From contig NC_086097.1 in NCBI RefSeq assembly GCF_963921235.1, forward strand, positions 5,890,001 through 5,954,000: DNA of 64,000 nt, written 5' to 3'. The DNA comes from Mobula hypostoma (lineage: Eukaryota). Positions 23,967 through 36,004 of the stretch are shown here, piece by piece; the stretch's first letter is position 1, and every line of letters begins with the position of its first letter. Below the pieces are notes generated by a model, which worked only from the letters and a program-made list of their open reading frames with translations, was not told where the DNA came from and searched no databases. A program made the position numbers and the translations under genes.

Positions 23967-26470
23967 TTGAGCACTGAACCGTAATCAATAAACAACAGTT
24001 TGACAAAGGCATTCCGAATGTAATCCAAGGCCCAGAGAAGAGACAATGAGATTGCATCCACTGCAGACCTATTTTGGTGATAGGCAAAATGCAGTGTTTT
24101 CAGGTCCTTGCTTAGGCAGGAGTTCATTCCTGCCATGAACAACCTCTTAAAGCACTTCCTCATAGTAGATATGAGTGATAGTTGTTGAACCTGCTCTTGT
24201 GGGGTATTAGTATGATTATCATACTATAGTATGATTATTATTAGTATGATTATCACCCTTATGAAGCAGGTGGGAACCTTTAAATGCAGTAGTGAGAGAT
24301 TGAAGATGTCCTTGAATACCCCTGCCGGTTGGTTTGGACGGGTTTTCAGTGCCCTACCAGGTACCGAGATCCTGATGCCTTGTGAGGTATCACCCTCTTG
24401 AAAGTTTTTCTGATGTTGGCCTCCGAGACAGAGATTACAGGGTCAACTGATGCTGCAGAGATTTGCACAGGTATAGTTTTATTCTCCCTTTTATAGTGTG
24501 CATAAAAGGCATTGAGCTCATCTAGGAGTGAACCATCACAGCCACTCATAGTGTTATGCTTTGCTTTAAGGAAGTAATGGCCTGCAAACCCTGCCAGAGC
24601 CGAGAGATTCCATCTAATTCCATCTCTAACTTTGATCGGAATAGTTTTTCTTTTGCTCTTAAAATAGCCTTCTGTGGGTTGTACCTGGTCTACTTGTATA
24701 GCTTGGGATCACTGGTCTTGAATGTCACAGATCTGGCCCTCATCGGAATATGCATCTCCCGGTTCAACCATGGCTTTTGATTTGGGTATGTCCGGTATGT
24801 TCTTGAAGGGATACACTCATCTGTGCAGTTGTTGATGAAGTCAGTGACAATTGTGGCACATTGAGTCAGATTCAAAGATGAATCCCTGAATATTGTCCAG
24901 CAATCCAACTCAAAACATTCCTGTAAGTGCTCCTCAGCCTCCCTTGACCATACCTTCTTGGTCCTCACCACTGGCGCTGCCATCTTTAGACTCTGTCTGT
25001 ATGCTGGGAGTAGAAGTACAGGCAGCTGATCTGACTTTCCAAAGTCAGCACGTGGTATAACAGTGATCAAGTGTGCTGGCTCCTGTGGTTCCACAGGTGC
25101 CACGTAGATGGTGGTAGATGTTCAGCGATTTCTTCAAGCTGGCCTGGTTGAAATCCCCCACAGTGATAGTGAAGACATTAAGTTTCACGACTGCTGATTA
25201 CATTTCTCAGGCTGTCATGACGTTGGCCAGAGGAGGAATGTACACTGCTATCAGAATGACAGCGGTAAACTCCCTCAGCAGATAACATGGAAACCCGTGT
25301 CTGCTGGATGTTCCAGGTTGGGTGAGCAGAATTGAGACCAACCAACATGTCTGTGCACCACGAAAAGCAAATTGTGTAGAAGATATAGAGAGATATAGAT
25401 AGCTTAAGTGAGTGTGCCAGGGTCTGGCAGATGGAATATAATGTTGGTAAATGTGAGTTCATCCACTTTGGAAGGGAAAATGGAAGAACAGAGTATTAAT
25501 TAATCAGTAAAAAATCGCAGCATGCTACTGTACAGAGGGACTTGGGAGTGCCTATGCACAAATCACAAAAGGTTAGTTTGTAGGTACAGCAGACTATCAA
25601 GAAGGCAAATGGAATGTTGGCCCTCATTGCCAGAGGGATTGGTTTTAAGAGCAGACAGGTTATGCTGCAACTGTACAGGGTACTGGTGAAACTGAACCTG
25701 GAGTACCGTGTACAGTTCTGGTCTCCTTACTTGAGGAAGAATATACTAGTTTTGGAGGCAGTGTAGAGGAGGTTCACCAAGTTGATTCCAGAGATGAGAG
25801 GTTTATACTATGAGGAGAGATTGAGTTGCCTGGGACTGTACTTGCTGGAATTCAGTAGAATAAGAGGAGATCTTATAGAAGCAAATAAAATTATGGAAGA
25901 GATAGATAAGTTAGAGGCAGCAAAGTTATTTCCATTGATAGATCTGATAGATGAGACTAGAACTAGGGAACATAGGCTCAAGATTTGGGGGAGTAGATTT
26001 AGGACAGAGATGAGGAGGAACTGTAGAATTCTCTGCCCAGTGAAGCAGTGGAGGCTACCTCAGTAAATATATTTAAGACAAGGTTGGATAGAGTTTTGCA
26101 TAGTAGGGGAATTAAGGGTTATGGGGGAAAGGTAGGTAGGTGGAGATGAGTTCATGGCCAGATCAGCCATCATCTTATTGAATGGCTCAATGGGCCTGAT
26201 GGCCTACTCCTGCTCCTATTTCTATGTTCTTACGTTAAACATACTCTACTTCCTTTACCTTTAAAAGACTCATATGTCCTGTCTTTGCAGTGAGCGATGA
26301 ATACCTTGGGCTGCAGTGCTGCATCCAAACTGGTGATGCTGAGCCATAGATATGTGAAGCAAAGTACACAGCAGTCCCTTATATCCCTCTGGTACTGCAA
26401 TCTGGCTCTTACATCTTCAATTTTATTTTCCAGAGACTGCACATTCTCTAGTTGGGAATGGGGGCTTAAG
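23967..26470 (-). mobile_element. Rex1/Babar LINE endonuclease-to-RT region, decayed and split by a CR1
   Basis: NVQSLENKIEDVRARLQYQRDIRDCCVLCFT; FGKSDQLPVLLLPAYRQ; YPNQKPW; KCFKRL..FAYHQNRSAVDAISL..LLFIDY. Confidence 0.85.
25400..26232 (+). mobile_element. CR1 3' fragment nested in Rex1
   Basis: MIPEMRGLYYEERLSCLGLYLLEFSRIRGDLIE; terminal ggcctactcctgctcctatttctatgttctt. Confidence 0.88.
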
Positions 26471-27362
26471 GTCTTCAAAATGGTGTCTTGCTATCTTTTT
26501 CATCTACCAAGGGGACAAATTGGAGACTCGCCAAATAAAGTCAATTGAATACATAATGTCAATTCTCTTAAGTAAAAAAAAACAATTATAGCAATAGAAT
26601 TGTAGATGGAAACCAAAATCTATAATGTGTAATGTGTAATTGGCAGAAATAACTTTCACTCTCACAAAAATGTAAACTGGTATTTTAACGATATTGAAGC
26701 TTCGACTTTTCTAACTAATTATAGTGATATCACTGCAATTCCTCAAAGATACACATCTTAGCTCAAAGACAAGATGTTTGAGACTGGTAAATACCAGTCT
26801 GCTTTCTTCAAACTACCTACATCTTTCATTTTCAAGATTAAATGAAAGACCTTTTCCTGCCCACAGGAATTTTAAGAGCAGTGTGAAAAGTGTCATTTAC
26901 TTTCAAAAAAACCTGCAGAAAAATTTTAATGGTGTAGGATCACACAATGAAGATAATTGAGCAAGAAGATTGTACTCACTTACAGTAGCTCACACCTATC
27001 AGCCCACATAACGATGAAAGAAAGAGTATTTTTCTTTGAGTACATTGAATATGTTGCTGTGGTTAAGGTTCAGATTCTCCTCATGAAAGAAACAGACTTA
27101 GGAATGAATCTTTACATGCTGCTGTCAGTAGCTGGGAAATTATAGGGATAATTGGCAGCATAGTGGTGTAACCAGCAGCGTTGCTGTTTCACAGTTCCAG
27201 TGACTCTGGATAATCGTGGCCTCCTGCATTTTTTGTACGGAGTTTGCATGGTCTTCCGGTATGACTGCATAGATTCCTTCCCCACTCGTCCATCACACCC
27301 ACTAAACACTTTGGTTTCGTTGCACATCCCAGAAGGTTTTTGTTTTGGTAGTTTAATTCTGA

Positions 27363-27935
27363 GGCCTCCGTTAGTCAGGGTCGATCAAGGATGTTGTGCT
27401 CTAGCTGTCCAGCTATACAGCCCAGGGCAGTACAATACGGAGAACAAGCTGTTGCCCCTGTACCAGGCTCCTCCTCTCCATGCATCTGATGAACCCAAAG
27501 GAAAAGCAGAGACTGATACAGTCTGACACTGGGAGCATCACAGGAGTTGCTAGTCAGTGTTGAACACAACTTCCTTATGGACTCCAGCTGCAGATTTTTC
27601 CCTTGGGATTTACTCCCGAAGCCTTCCTTATGGTTGGAGATAGCCACAAGGCAGCGGAGGTTTGAGGTTAGTGTTTTTCTTCGAGATGAGCTGTCAACGC
27701 GGCTGATAAGCTCCATCTACCCAAAGCAACTGGTTTAAAGGTACCAGTAACCCGCCGTTACCTCTTCTCCTGTCAGTAAAAATGGTTCTACTGGGCTTAG
27801 TAGATAAGTCACACGTGAAGGCCAGGAATTGGACATAGTTGTCAGAGGTTATTTGAGATGCATGCTATTTGGAGCATTTAATAGGTATTGGGAGTTTGTC
27901 TTGACTATCTTCCCCGGCTATAGCAACCTTAACGA
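27363..27935 (-). repeat. RTE-clade 5'-UTR-derived non-autonomous repeat; copies at 36455-36995(+) and 51028-51595(-)
   Basis: Three colinear copies share GGCAACTCCTG..; GGAGAGGGGRAGC..GGGCAACAGCTTG.TCTCCA and CTCAAATARCCTCTGAC; resembles recalled RTE/AviRTE-like 5' UTRs. Confidence 0.65.
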
Positions 27936-28030
27936 TGCATGTTTACTTAGTCAGTTGTTATTGGCCCTAGCTGGTATGTGAGTGTAACCTATGAGGTGAG
28001 TAGGTGAGGACAGTTTGAGTATAACACTGA

Positions 28031-28627
28031 GGTTGTCTAGAAGAAGGGTCAGAGCCATCTCTATTTCCTGAGGAGACTGAGGTCCTTTAACATCTGCTGG
28101 ACGATGCTGAGGGAGTTCTACAAGTCTGTGGTGGCCAGTGCTATCATGTTTGCTGTTGTGTGCTGGGGCAGCAGGCTGAGGGTAGCAGACACCAACAGAA
28201 TCAACAAACTCATTCGTAAGGCCAGTGATGTTGTGGGGATGGAACTGGACTCTCTCACGGTGGTGTCTGAAAAGAGGATGCTGTCCAAGTTGCATGCCAT
28301 CTTGGTCAATGTCTCCCATCCACTACATAATGTACTGGGTGGGCACAGGAGTACATTCAGCCAGAGACTCATTCCACCGAGATGCAACACTGAGCGTCAT
28401 AGGAAGTCATTCCTGCCTGTGGCCATCAAACTTTACAACTCCTCCCTTGGAGGGTCAGACACCCTGAGCCAATAGGCTGGTCCTGGACGTATTTCATAGT
28501 TTACTGGCATAATTTACATATTACTATTTAATTATTTATGGTTCTATTACTATTTATTATTTATGGAGCAACTGTAACGAAAACTAATTTCCCCCATGAT
28601 TAATAAAGTATGACTATGACTATGACT
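28031..28627 (+). mobile_element. Rex1/Babar 3' end with (TATGAC)n tail
   Basis: ORF 28104-28475 FYKSVVASAIMFAVVCWG..SHPLH..RCNTERHRKSFLPVAIKLYN. Confidence 0.88.
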
Positions 28628-28659
28628 AATAGGATTAGAGTAAATGGGTGTTTGGTGCT

Positions 28660-29155
28660 CAGAGCAAAGCCCTCCCCACCATTGAGCACATTGACACGGA
28701 GTGTTACCATAGGAAAGCAGCATCCATTATCAAAGACCCCCACCACCCATCCGTGCTCTCTTCGCGCTGCTGCCATCAGGAAGGAGGTATGGGAGCTTCA
28801 AGACTCACACCATCAGGTTCAAGAACAGTAATTACTCCCCAACGATCAGGCCCTTGAAATACAGGGGATAATTTCCCTCAGAACTGAACTGATTCCATAA
28901 CCTATGGACTCACTTTCAAGGACTCGGCAACTCATAATCTCCATATTTATTACTTATTTAACTATTATTAATCATTTTTTTTGTATTTGTACAGTTTGGA
29001 GTCTTTTGTACATTGGTTGCTTGGTTACATATTTGTTGTGTGTGGTTTTGCATTGATTCTGTTGTGTTTCTTTCTATTTACTGTGAATGCCTACAAGAAA
29101 ATTAACGTCAGGGTGACATATATGTACTTTGATAATAAATTTACTTTGAACTTTG
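28660..29155 (+). mobile_element. Rex1-type 3' fragment
   Basis: RKAASIIKDPHHP; tail GATAATAAATTTACTTTGAACTTTGA. Confidence 0.75.
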
Positions 29156-29404
29156 AGCGGAGTTGATGGACCGAAGCATCAGTTTCTGTGCTGTACAACT
29201 CTTTATCCTTAAATTTTGCTCACGCTAGTATGTCGATGACCGTACGCAGACCAACATACATATCAAAAACAGCAGACGTCCCAGAACAGATCCCTGTGGA
29301 GCATTGCTGGTCACAGACCTTCAGCTGGAATAAGCCCCATTGGCCACTACCCTCCGTCTACTATGGACAAGTCAATTCTGAATCCAAACAGCCAGCTTCA
29401 GAGT

Positions 29405-30035
29405 AACAGAATCAGGTTTAATATCACGAGCATATGTCATGAAGTTTGTCATCTTTGCAGCAGCAGTACTATACAATCCATAATAATAGAGAAAATTACA
29501 TGAATGACAGCAATTATGTATATGTTAAAAAGTTAAATTAGTGCAAAAATAAAAATAAACAAAGAGTGCTTATTTTTATTTTTGCACTACTTATTTAATT
29601 TAATAAATTAAATAGTGAGGTAGTGTTCTAGGGTTCACTGTTCGTTCCGAAATCTTATGGCAGAGGGGAAGCAACTGTTTCTGAAAAGTCGAGTGTGTGT
29701 CTCCAGGCTCCTGTGCCTCCTTCCTGATGGTAGCAATGAGAACAAGGCAAGACCTGGGTGATGGGGTCCTTAATGATAGACACCAGCTTTTTGAGGCATT
29801 GCTCCTTGAAGATATCCTGGTTACTACGGAGGCTAGTGCTCATGATGGAACTGACTAAGTCTACAACTCTCTGCAGCTTATTTTGATCCTGCGTAGTAGC
29901 TCCCCACCATACCAGATAGTGATGCACCCAGTTAGAATCCTTTCCACAGTACATCTGTAGAAATTTGCGAGTGTCCTTGGTGACATACCAAATCTCCTCA
30001 GACTCCAAATGAAAATGGCTGCTGCTGTGGTAGAT
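29405..30035 (-). mobile_element. Rex1 3' fragment inside a decayed CR1 RT (29260-29400, 30035-30410)
   Basis: RRFGMSPRTLANFYRCTVE..; flank encodes VIDEGRDVNVIYVGFRKAFDKVSH. Confidence 0.75.
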
Positions 30036-30994
30036 ACATGATACCTCATGCATCTTAATTTTCTGCACGAGCCTAACATGAGAGACCTTGTCAAATGCCT
30101 TCCTAAAACCCACATAGATAACATTCACATCTCTGCCTTCATCAATCACATTCATCACAGCTCAAAAAAACTCAATCAAGTTACTAACTTTCCCTGCCAA
30201 CACCCATGCCAACTGCCCTTAATTGAAATATGGTTCTCAAAATGGTCATGAATCCTATCCCTAAGAATTTTCTCTTATAACTTTCCTAGCACTGATGTGA
30301 GACTCAGCAGTACATACAGTATTTTCCAGGATTATCCCTATTTGCCTTCGTGAATCATGGAGCAACATTAGTTACTCCCCAATCTTCCAGGACCTGTGGC
30401 TAAAGAGGACACAATGACTGACATTGTTAAAAGAGGCTGTGTATATTGTGATATCAATCTCTCAACTAGTCAAAAGCTATTTTATACGTTGAGCCTCCTC
30501 CTTACAATAGATTTCTCATGGTACAGAAACACACAGCTACTCAAAGCTGTGTGCTGACTGTGATAAGGATCAAGATGTATGGCTATTTCTTATATTGCCA
30601 TAGAGTGAAAGAAATTAAAATAAAATATTTATTTATTTTTAAGAAACAGCATGGAATAGAACAGGCCTTTGCAGCCATGGCGCCTAGCAGTCCCCCAATT
30701 TAACCTGAGTCTAATCACAGGACAATTTTCAATGACCAATTAACCTACCAAATGGTTTGTGTTTGGACTGTGGGTTGAAACTGGAGCACCCGGAGGAAAC
30801 ACACATGGTCACAAGAGAGAACATTCAAACTCCTGACAGGCAGCGGTGGGAATTGAACCGTGGTTGCCTGTACTGTAAAGTGTTCTGCTAACCACTGTGT
30901 CCCCAGGATAACTGACACAAAGAGCCCTTGGCTGCTTATTCAATGTGACAGGCTGTCTTTCGATATGCTTACGGTGTTGTTGACAATGTATCAG

Positions 30995-31420
30995 ACTTAT
31001 TTACTTACTGGCCGTTATGCTGCAAGTGTTTAGGGCAGCAATGCGGGTTCTCCATCGCCTTAGAGGTGTTCAGGGTACCCTTCATCGTGCCAGAGGCTTC
31101 CTCTGATTTTCACGACTGTCAGTCATGCAAGTCCCTGGTGGAGACTCAGGAACAGCATCACACTCAGATATAGAAAGAGTCTTCATTGCTGTTTCTGGAA
31201 CAATTTTGTTTGATCAGTCAGGATTGTTAGCCCTGAGCTGAACCACAGAACCTGGAGGACTGGTGGACCACTCTTAGTCTTACCTCTGCCCTTTGACCTG
31301 TTTGGCATGGGTTTGGCGACTAAGTGCCAAAGCATAACGCTCTGGCTTTAGCCAACATAGCTGTCCAGGTCATTGAGCCACACAGGCCTCAAACCCAATA
31401 ACAAGGTAGTTACTCTCGTG
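30995..31420 (-). mobile_element. Bipartite RTE-derived non-autonomous element (5' UTR joined to 3' terminus)
   Basis: Minus strand ends ..TGGAGAACCCGCATTGCTGCCCTAAAC..AACGGCCAGTAAGTAAATAAGT; the 5' part matches 9090-9385. Confidence 0.55.
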
Positions 31421-31784
31421 GGGGAATGAATCATATATTCTATTCAATCCAGTTCAAGTTCAATTGTCATTCAACCATATGTGAATATTCATGAATACAG
31501 CCACGTGAGACAGTGTTACTCTGGGGCCAAGGTGCAAAATTCAGTCACCAACAGTCACACACAGCACAAAGCAAATATAACACGTATAAGCTGCAGCCAC
31601 ACAGTGAAAGAGTCCAAACTGGAGCTATCCAATACTGCTGAAATCTGCAGACGACCACAACAGAGTTTGTCTTCTACCGAGCGAACACTGGGGGTTGTGG
31701 GGCAGTGCCGACTCCAGCCTAGACACCGCACCTAATCATCCCCGGTTATCGTTCCCGGCTCCGATCCCACACCACATCGTTCCC

Positions 31785-32082
31785 AGCTCTAATCACACAT
31801 CACATCGTCCCCAGTGGAATGTACCAGATCCAATCCCACGTCACATTGTTCTCAGTGGAATGCACAAAGCTCCGATCACACTTCACGTCGTCCCCAGTGG
31901 AATACACCAGATCCGATCCTACATCACATTGTTCCTGGTGGAATGTACCAGATCCAATCCCACGTCACATTGTTCCCGGTGGAATGCACCGGCTCCAACA
32001 CGCTGCCTCATTGTCCCCAGTAGAACTCACTGGCTCTGACACCTCACCATATTGTCCTTGGTGGAGTGCACCAGCTCCAATG
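31785..32082. repeat. 41-bp minisatellite, ~7 copies
   Basis: GTRGAR anchors at 31814, 31855, 31897, 31938, 31979, 32020 and 32061; unit ~CCAGATCCAATCCCACGTCACATTGTTCCCAGTGGAATGTA. Confidence 0.9.
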
Positions 32083-32422
32083 TCCCACTGCTGGCAGCTG
32101 TAACCAGGTAACACTGTGGCTTGCTACGACTGAGGCCACGCCGATCCCCTGCCAACCGCCCCTGCTCTACATCAGTAAATCAGTGAATTGAACTGATGGC
32201 ATATCACATTAACGATGTCCGAGAGGGTCTCCTGATAACAAGAAAAGCAACCATGATGGTCACTCCCTATTAGACCATGTGCCTGCTTTGACTCTGGCAA
32301 CAGCACAATGCTCAGCTCCTTCAATTTCTCTACCAGCGAGCAATTCGTTGATGGGTAGACCTGCAGTGCTTCAGTTTTTAATATATCGCAGGACCTTGCG
32401 ATCATTAACAATACATTTTAAT

Positions 32423-33196
32423 CAATGTTCCTTCTAAGGTGTGTGCGAGCACACATCTTCTGCTACTAGCACACAAAAGAACTTAAAATGCGCACAAATT
32501 GTTGTCACCCTCTACCTCATTGACATGTTAAGTATATTTCACGATTGTACATAACCATATTTCGTTTTCCAGTTTTTGATATGGATGGTGTTGACAACAT
32601 GGAGTTTGCAATGATTTGTCTGCTGATCTTAGAACTGGCTTATTTATATTGTTTTTATTGAAGAAATTATTGATTCACTATGTCAAATTCCAAAGCAAAG
32701 GGCATGAAGTGCAGAAGAACTGCTAGTTCATTTAAAGCAGAATGGCTTAATGAAACAGCAGAAACTGCTACACCGAAATCTCATGAGGTCAGGAACGTGC
32801 AGCTATGAGTAAAATTCATGAGTAAAACTGGTGTTACCCATGTGTACTGTTGCGATGCAGAAGTAGCTGGAGAATTTGCAAGTGGGAGGAAGTGGAGAGA
32901 TCTTTGGAAACTTGACTTTTTAAAGTGTCATTTAGTAACCAAATCACATATGGACGGTGTGCAAAAGCTCCACAAGTAAATCCTCCATTACCCACTATAG
33001 GCCTGCTATGTATGCTTTGTGAGAGTGCAGATGAACGAGAGCGAAAACGATCAAACCCAAAGGAGATCAAAGCTCTTACTGAGAGTGTTTTTAGCTGTTA
33101 AAATTAATATTTCTTTATATAAAATTCAGTGTGCACATGTGCCACTAGGCAAAAAGAATTGTGCACACTGGTCATTACAAATTAGACGGATCATTG
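32423..33196 (+). mobile_element. Internally deleted hAT DNA transposon (Tip100/ZNF862-like)
   Basis: Imperfect TIRs CAATGTTCCTTCTAA / TTAGACGGATCATTG; transposase start MSNSKAKG..SSFKAEWL and TTF-type zinc-finger-like FASGRKWRDLWKLDFLKCHLVTKSH. Confidence 0.7.
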
Positions 33197-34916
33197 GTTT
33201 AAACATGATAGCAGCACTCTTGTTCACCCCGTAAAAGCCACTTGCAAAGGTGCTGCCGTCTTATGGAAGAACCGGATATAAATGGCCAAATTTCTTCCCT
33301 AGATTGTATGTGGGCTCTGAAAGGATTAGGATTCAGTGCCTTTGTGACATTACATCAAAATGGAGCTGTTATAATTTTTGTCATTAACAATTCACTTTTT
33401 TTTCCTCGAGTTTAACATAACTGATAAAAATCCAGATTAGAATAACATCAACTAATCGCATACCACAATGAGCAATTTATTTCTTCAGTGCTATCTGAAT
33501 TGAATCCTCCCCAGTGAATGCAGTCTGATGATTTAATTGCGGTGCTCAGAAGGACTTTTCCCCTTCGCCTGCCACTCCACCCAAACTCTGCCCCTTAGTA
33601 GAATATCTAGTTGATGGTCCCACAGCTTATTTAAGTCTGAAGCTGCTGAAAGGTTAAATCCTGCGACATTTTTTTTAAGAATAAGAGATTTTTATTTTAA
33701 TCCAAGAAGCATGTTCAATTAAGTCCTCATCAACACTTAAGAATGTGATTTGATTAGAAGTAGTGGTTGATAACTTCTTGATTCATCAGAGGGTCAAAGA
33801 TTAGGAGAATGGGGTTGAGCAGGGTAGTAAATCAGTCATGATGGAATGGTGGAGCAGACTCGATGGACTGAATGATCAATTTCTTCTCCTATGTTTTATG
33901 GTTTTATTTATTTATTCTGAGATACAGTGTGGAACAGGCTCTTCCTGCCAGCAACACACTGATTTAACCCTGGCCTAAACGCAGGACAATTTACAATGAC
34001 CAATTAACATACTAACTGGTACATCTTTAGACTGTGGGAAGAAACCAGGACACTAGGAGAAAACCCACACACACACAGGAAGAACGTGCAAACTTTCTTA
34101 TAGAAGCTATTGAAAATGAACTCTGAATTCCACTGCCCTGACTGTAATAGTGTTGCACTAATTGTTACGTGACTAACTACCATGGTGCCTGAACAATAAT
34201 TAGGAACAGGAGTAATGCCCAAGAATTCATTGCCATCACGGCAATCTTCTACATCAGACCCATTTCCCTGCATTATTTTGGCAATTCTGTAAAATAACTT
34301 CAGGCCAATATAAGATTATAATATTTCAATCCCCAGCAGATGAGTCAGAATGAAATTCTACAAAACTCATGTCATTCAGAACCCCTTTGTCTGTGATGAA
34401 ACCCATTTCAAAGTTCAAAGTTCAAAGTACATTTATTATCAAAGTATGTATATGTAACCCCCTCACCAGGGCCTGTACACAAACTCAGCTCGATAGCTGA
34501 CTCTGCTAACAGCCATGGGCTCACCGGTGAGCAGGTTCAACCAAACAGGAACGTCATGATGTTCCAATTAAACAAACCTTGATCTGAGCGAATGCTGCCT
34601 ACAGACACAATTATTGGTCGTCAAAAAAATAACAGATCATACACTACATAAAATTATAAAGAAAGTGCATTTACCAATTTCTGCTTTATCAAACAGTTAA
34701 TAGGAAAAATAAATCAAAAAATAAGAAGGTCCATTACAGTTGAACCAATCCGATGTGCTGTCTGAACAGCAAGCTGAACACCAGCCTGTCTCTTTCCTTT
34801 GGCTCCAACTTCCTGACCTTTCAAAGAGGAGCAGGCTTAAAATGTCCGAACAGCAGCCCATTCCTTACTCTGCAACTCAGGCCTTGCCATTTTGAGATGC
34901 ACTTAGGTCCAGCACA

Positions 34917-35139
34917 TGTTGGGCACGTGGCCAAGTGGTTAAGGCATTCGTCTAGTGATCTCAAGGTCGCTAGTTCGAGCCTTAGTTTTGGCAGCATGTT
35001 TGTGTCCTTGAGCAAGGCACATTGCTCTAGTATCTGTGCGAGGAGTGGTGCCCCACACAGACTTCCAATCTGCGCCTTGTAAGGCATGAAAATGCCCGAC
35101 GCAGCCCTCTCATGGTCTGAGTTGACATTCCCTCCCCTG
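34917..35139 (+). mobile_element. tRNA-derived SINE with 11-bp TSD
   Basis: A box TGGCCAAGTGG (34928), B box GTTCGAGCC (34973), GTGTCCTTGAGCAAGGCAC; GGTCCAGCACA at 34906-34916 and 35140-35150. Confidence 0.85.
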
Positions 35140-35349
35140 GGTCCAGCACACAGCATTTTGACCTAGCCCAAACCTGACCTTTCCAATCTGGCCTGATGTT
35201 TAAATCATTCAAAGATCGGCTTGTTCCTTGTTCTCGGGCCCAGGCGCTGTCTCAGCTCTGCCTCACCTTGGTTTTACCACTTCAAGTTGGGTCCTCCCCT
35301 GCATTTGGGCCAGGCCCTGCAGCCTCAGTTCAGCCCATGCACACCATGC

Positions 35350-35660
35350 CATTTAGCCAACATTCCCCCCCGCAGTCCCACCCCGATCAGGGTCACATGA
35401 AGACTTGGGAGCAGGTGGTGGATGGTCGTATGAGCAGCCGGTGCAGATCACAAGTCCTGGTTATGTGACCACAGACACCAAACAGAAAATCTCCGAAGGA
35501 TATTGAAAATGACTGGGGTCACCCATGTTGTAAAGACACTGCCCAGAAGAAGGCAATAGAAAACCACTTCGGCAGAAAAATTTGCCAAGAACAATCCTGG
35601 TCATGGATAGAGCATGATCGCCCATGTCAGGCAACCGCAGCACACAATGATGATGATGGT
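35350..35660 (+). repeat. RTE-related SINE-like repeat; copies at 46910-47305(-) and 63627-63695(+)
   Basis: AGAAGAAGGCAAT..AAACCACTTC..TTTGCCAAGAA (BovB/Sauria-SINE-like motif) and a (TGA)n tail. Confidence 0.6.
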
Positions 35661-35842
35661 TATGAAACCTCTTAAACTTTTTGACCTTACACTGGATAAT
35701 TTGCTCCATCTCGTCATGTGATTCAATGTGAAAACTTATTTCATATTGTTCTTTTGCAGCAGTTTGCTACATTTCAGTTTATCTTCATGAGTAAGTATTG
35801 TTGTTTTTAACTGGGATACTGCCAAACTAACAACCCCAATGT

Positions 35843-36004
35843 TGCAAACAGGAGGAAATCCGCAGATGCTGGAAATTCAAGCAACACACATAAAAATTGC
35901 TGGTGAACGCAGCAAGCCAGGCAGCATCTCTAGGAAGAGGTACATTCGATGTTTCCGGCGAAGGGTCTCGACCCGAAACGTTGACTGTACCTCTTCCTAG
36001 AGAT
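35843..36004. mobile_element. Fold-back mini-Penelope insertion with 11-bp TSD and a partial hammerhead
   Basis: AACCCCAATGT at 35832-35842 and 36005-36015; inverted arms around GGCGAAGGGTCTCGACCCGAAACGTTGAC. Confidence 0.82.

Noticed and set aside
26994..27135. Minus-strand exon ending at a GTAAGT donor
   Set aside because: All three frames from the nearest acceptor contain stops.
31785..32082. CRISPR-like periodic array
   Set aside because: Whole units repeat with no unique spacers, there are no cas genes, and the context is eukaryotic.
33520..33646. Possible C/D box snoRNA (GCAG..TGATGA...CTGA..CTGC)
   Set aside because: The C box lacks the leading purine, the terminal stem is only 4 bp, and no guide complementarity is recognisable.
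34921..34992. tRNA gene
   Set aside because: The acceptor stem does not pair; it is the head of a TSD-flanked SINE.
34453..35397. Complete solo LTR TGTAACCC...GGGTCACA
   Set aside because: There is no TSD, and GGGTCACA belongs to the RTE-related SINE-like repeat that also occurs at ~47180.
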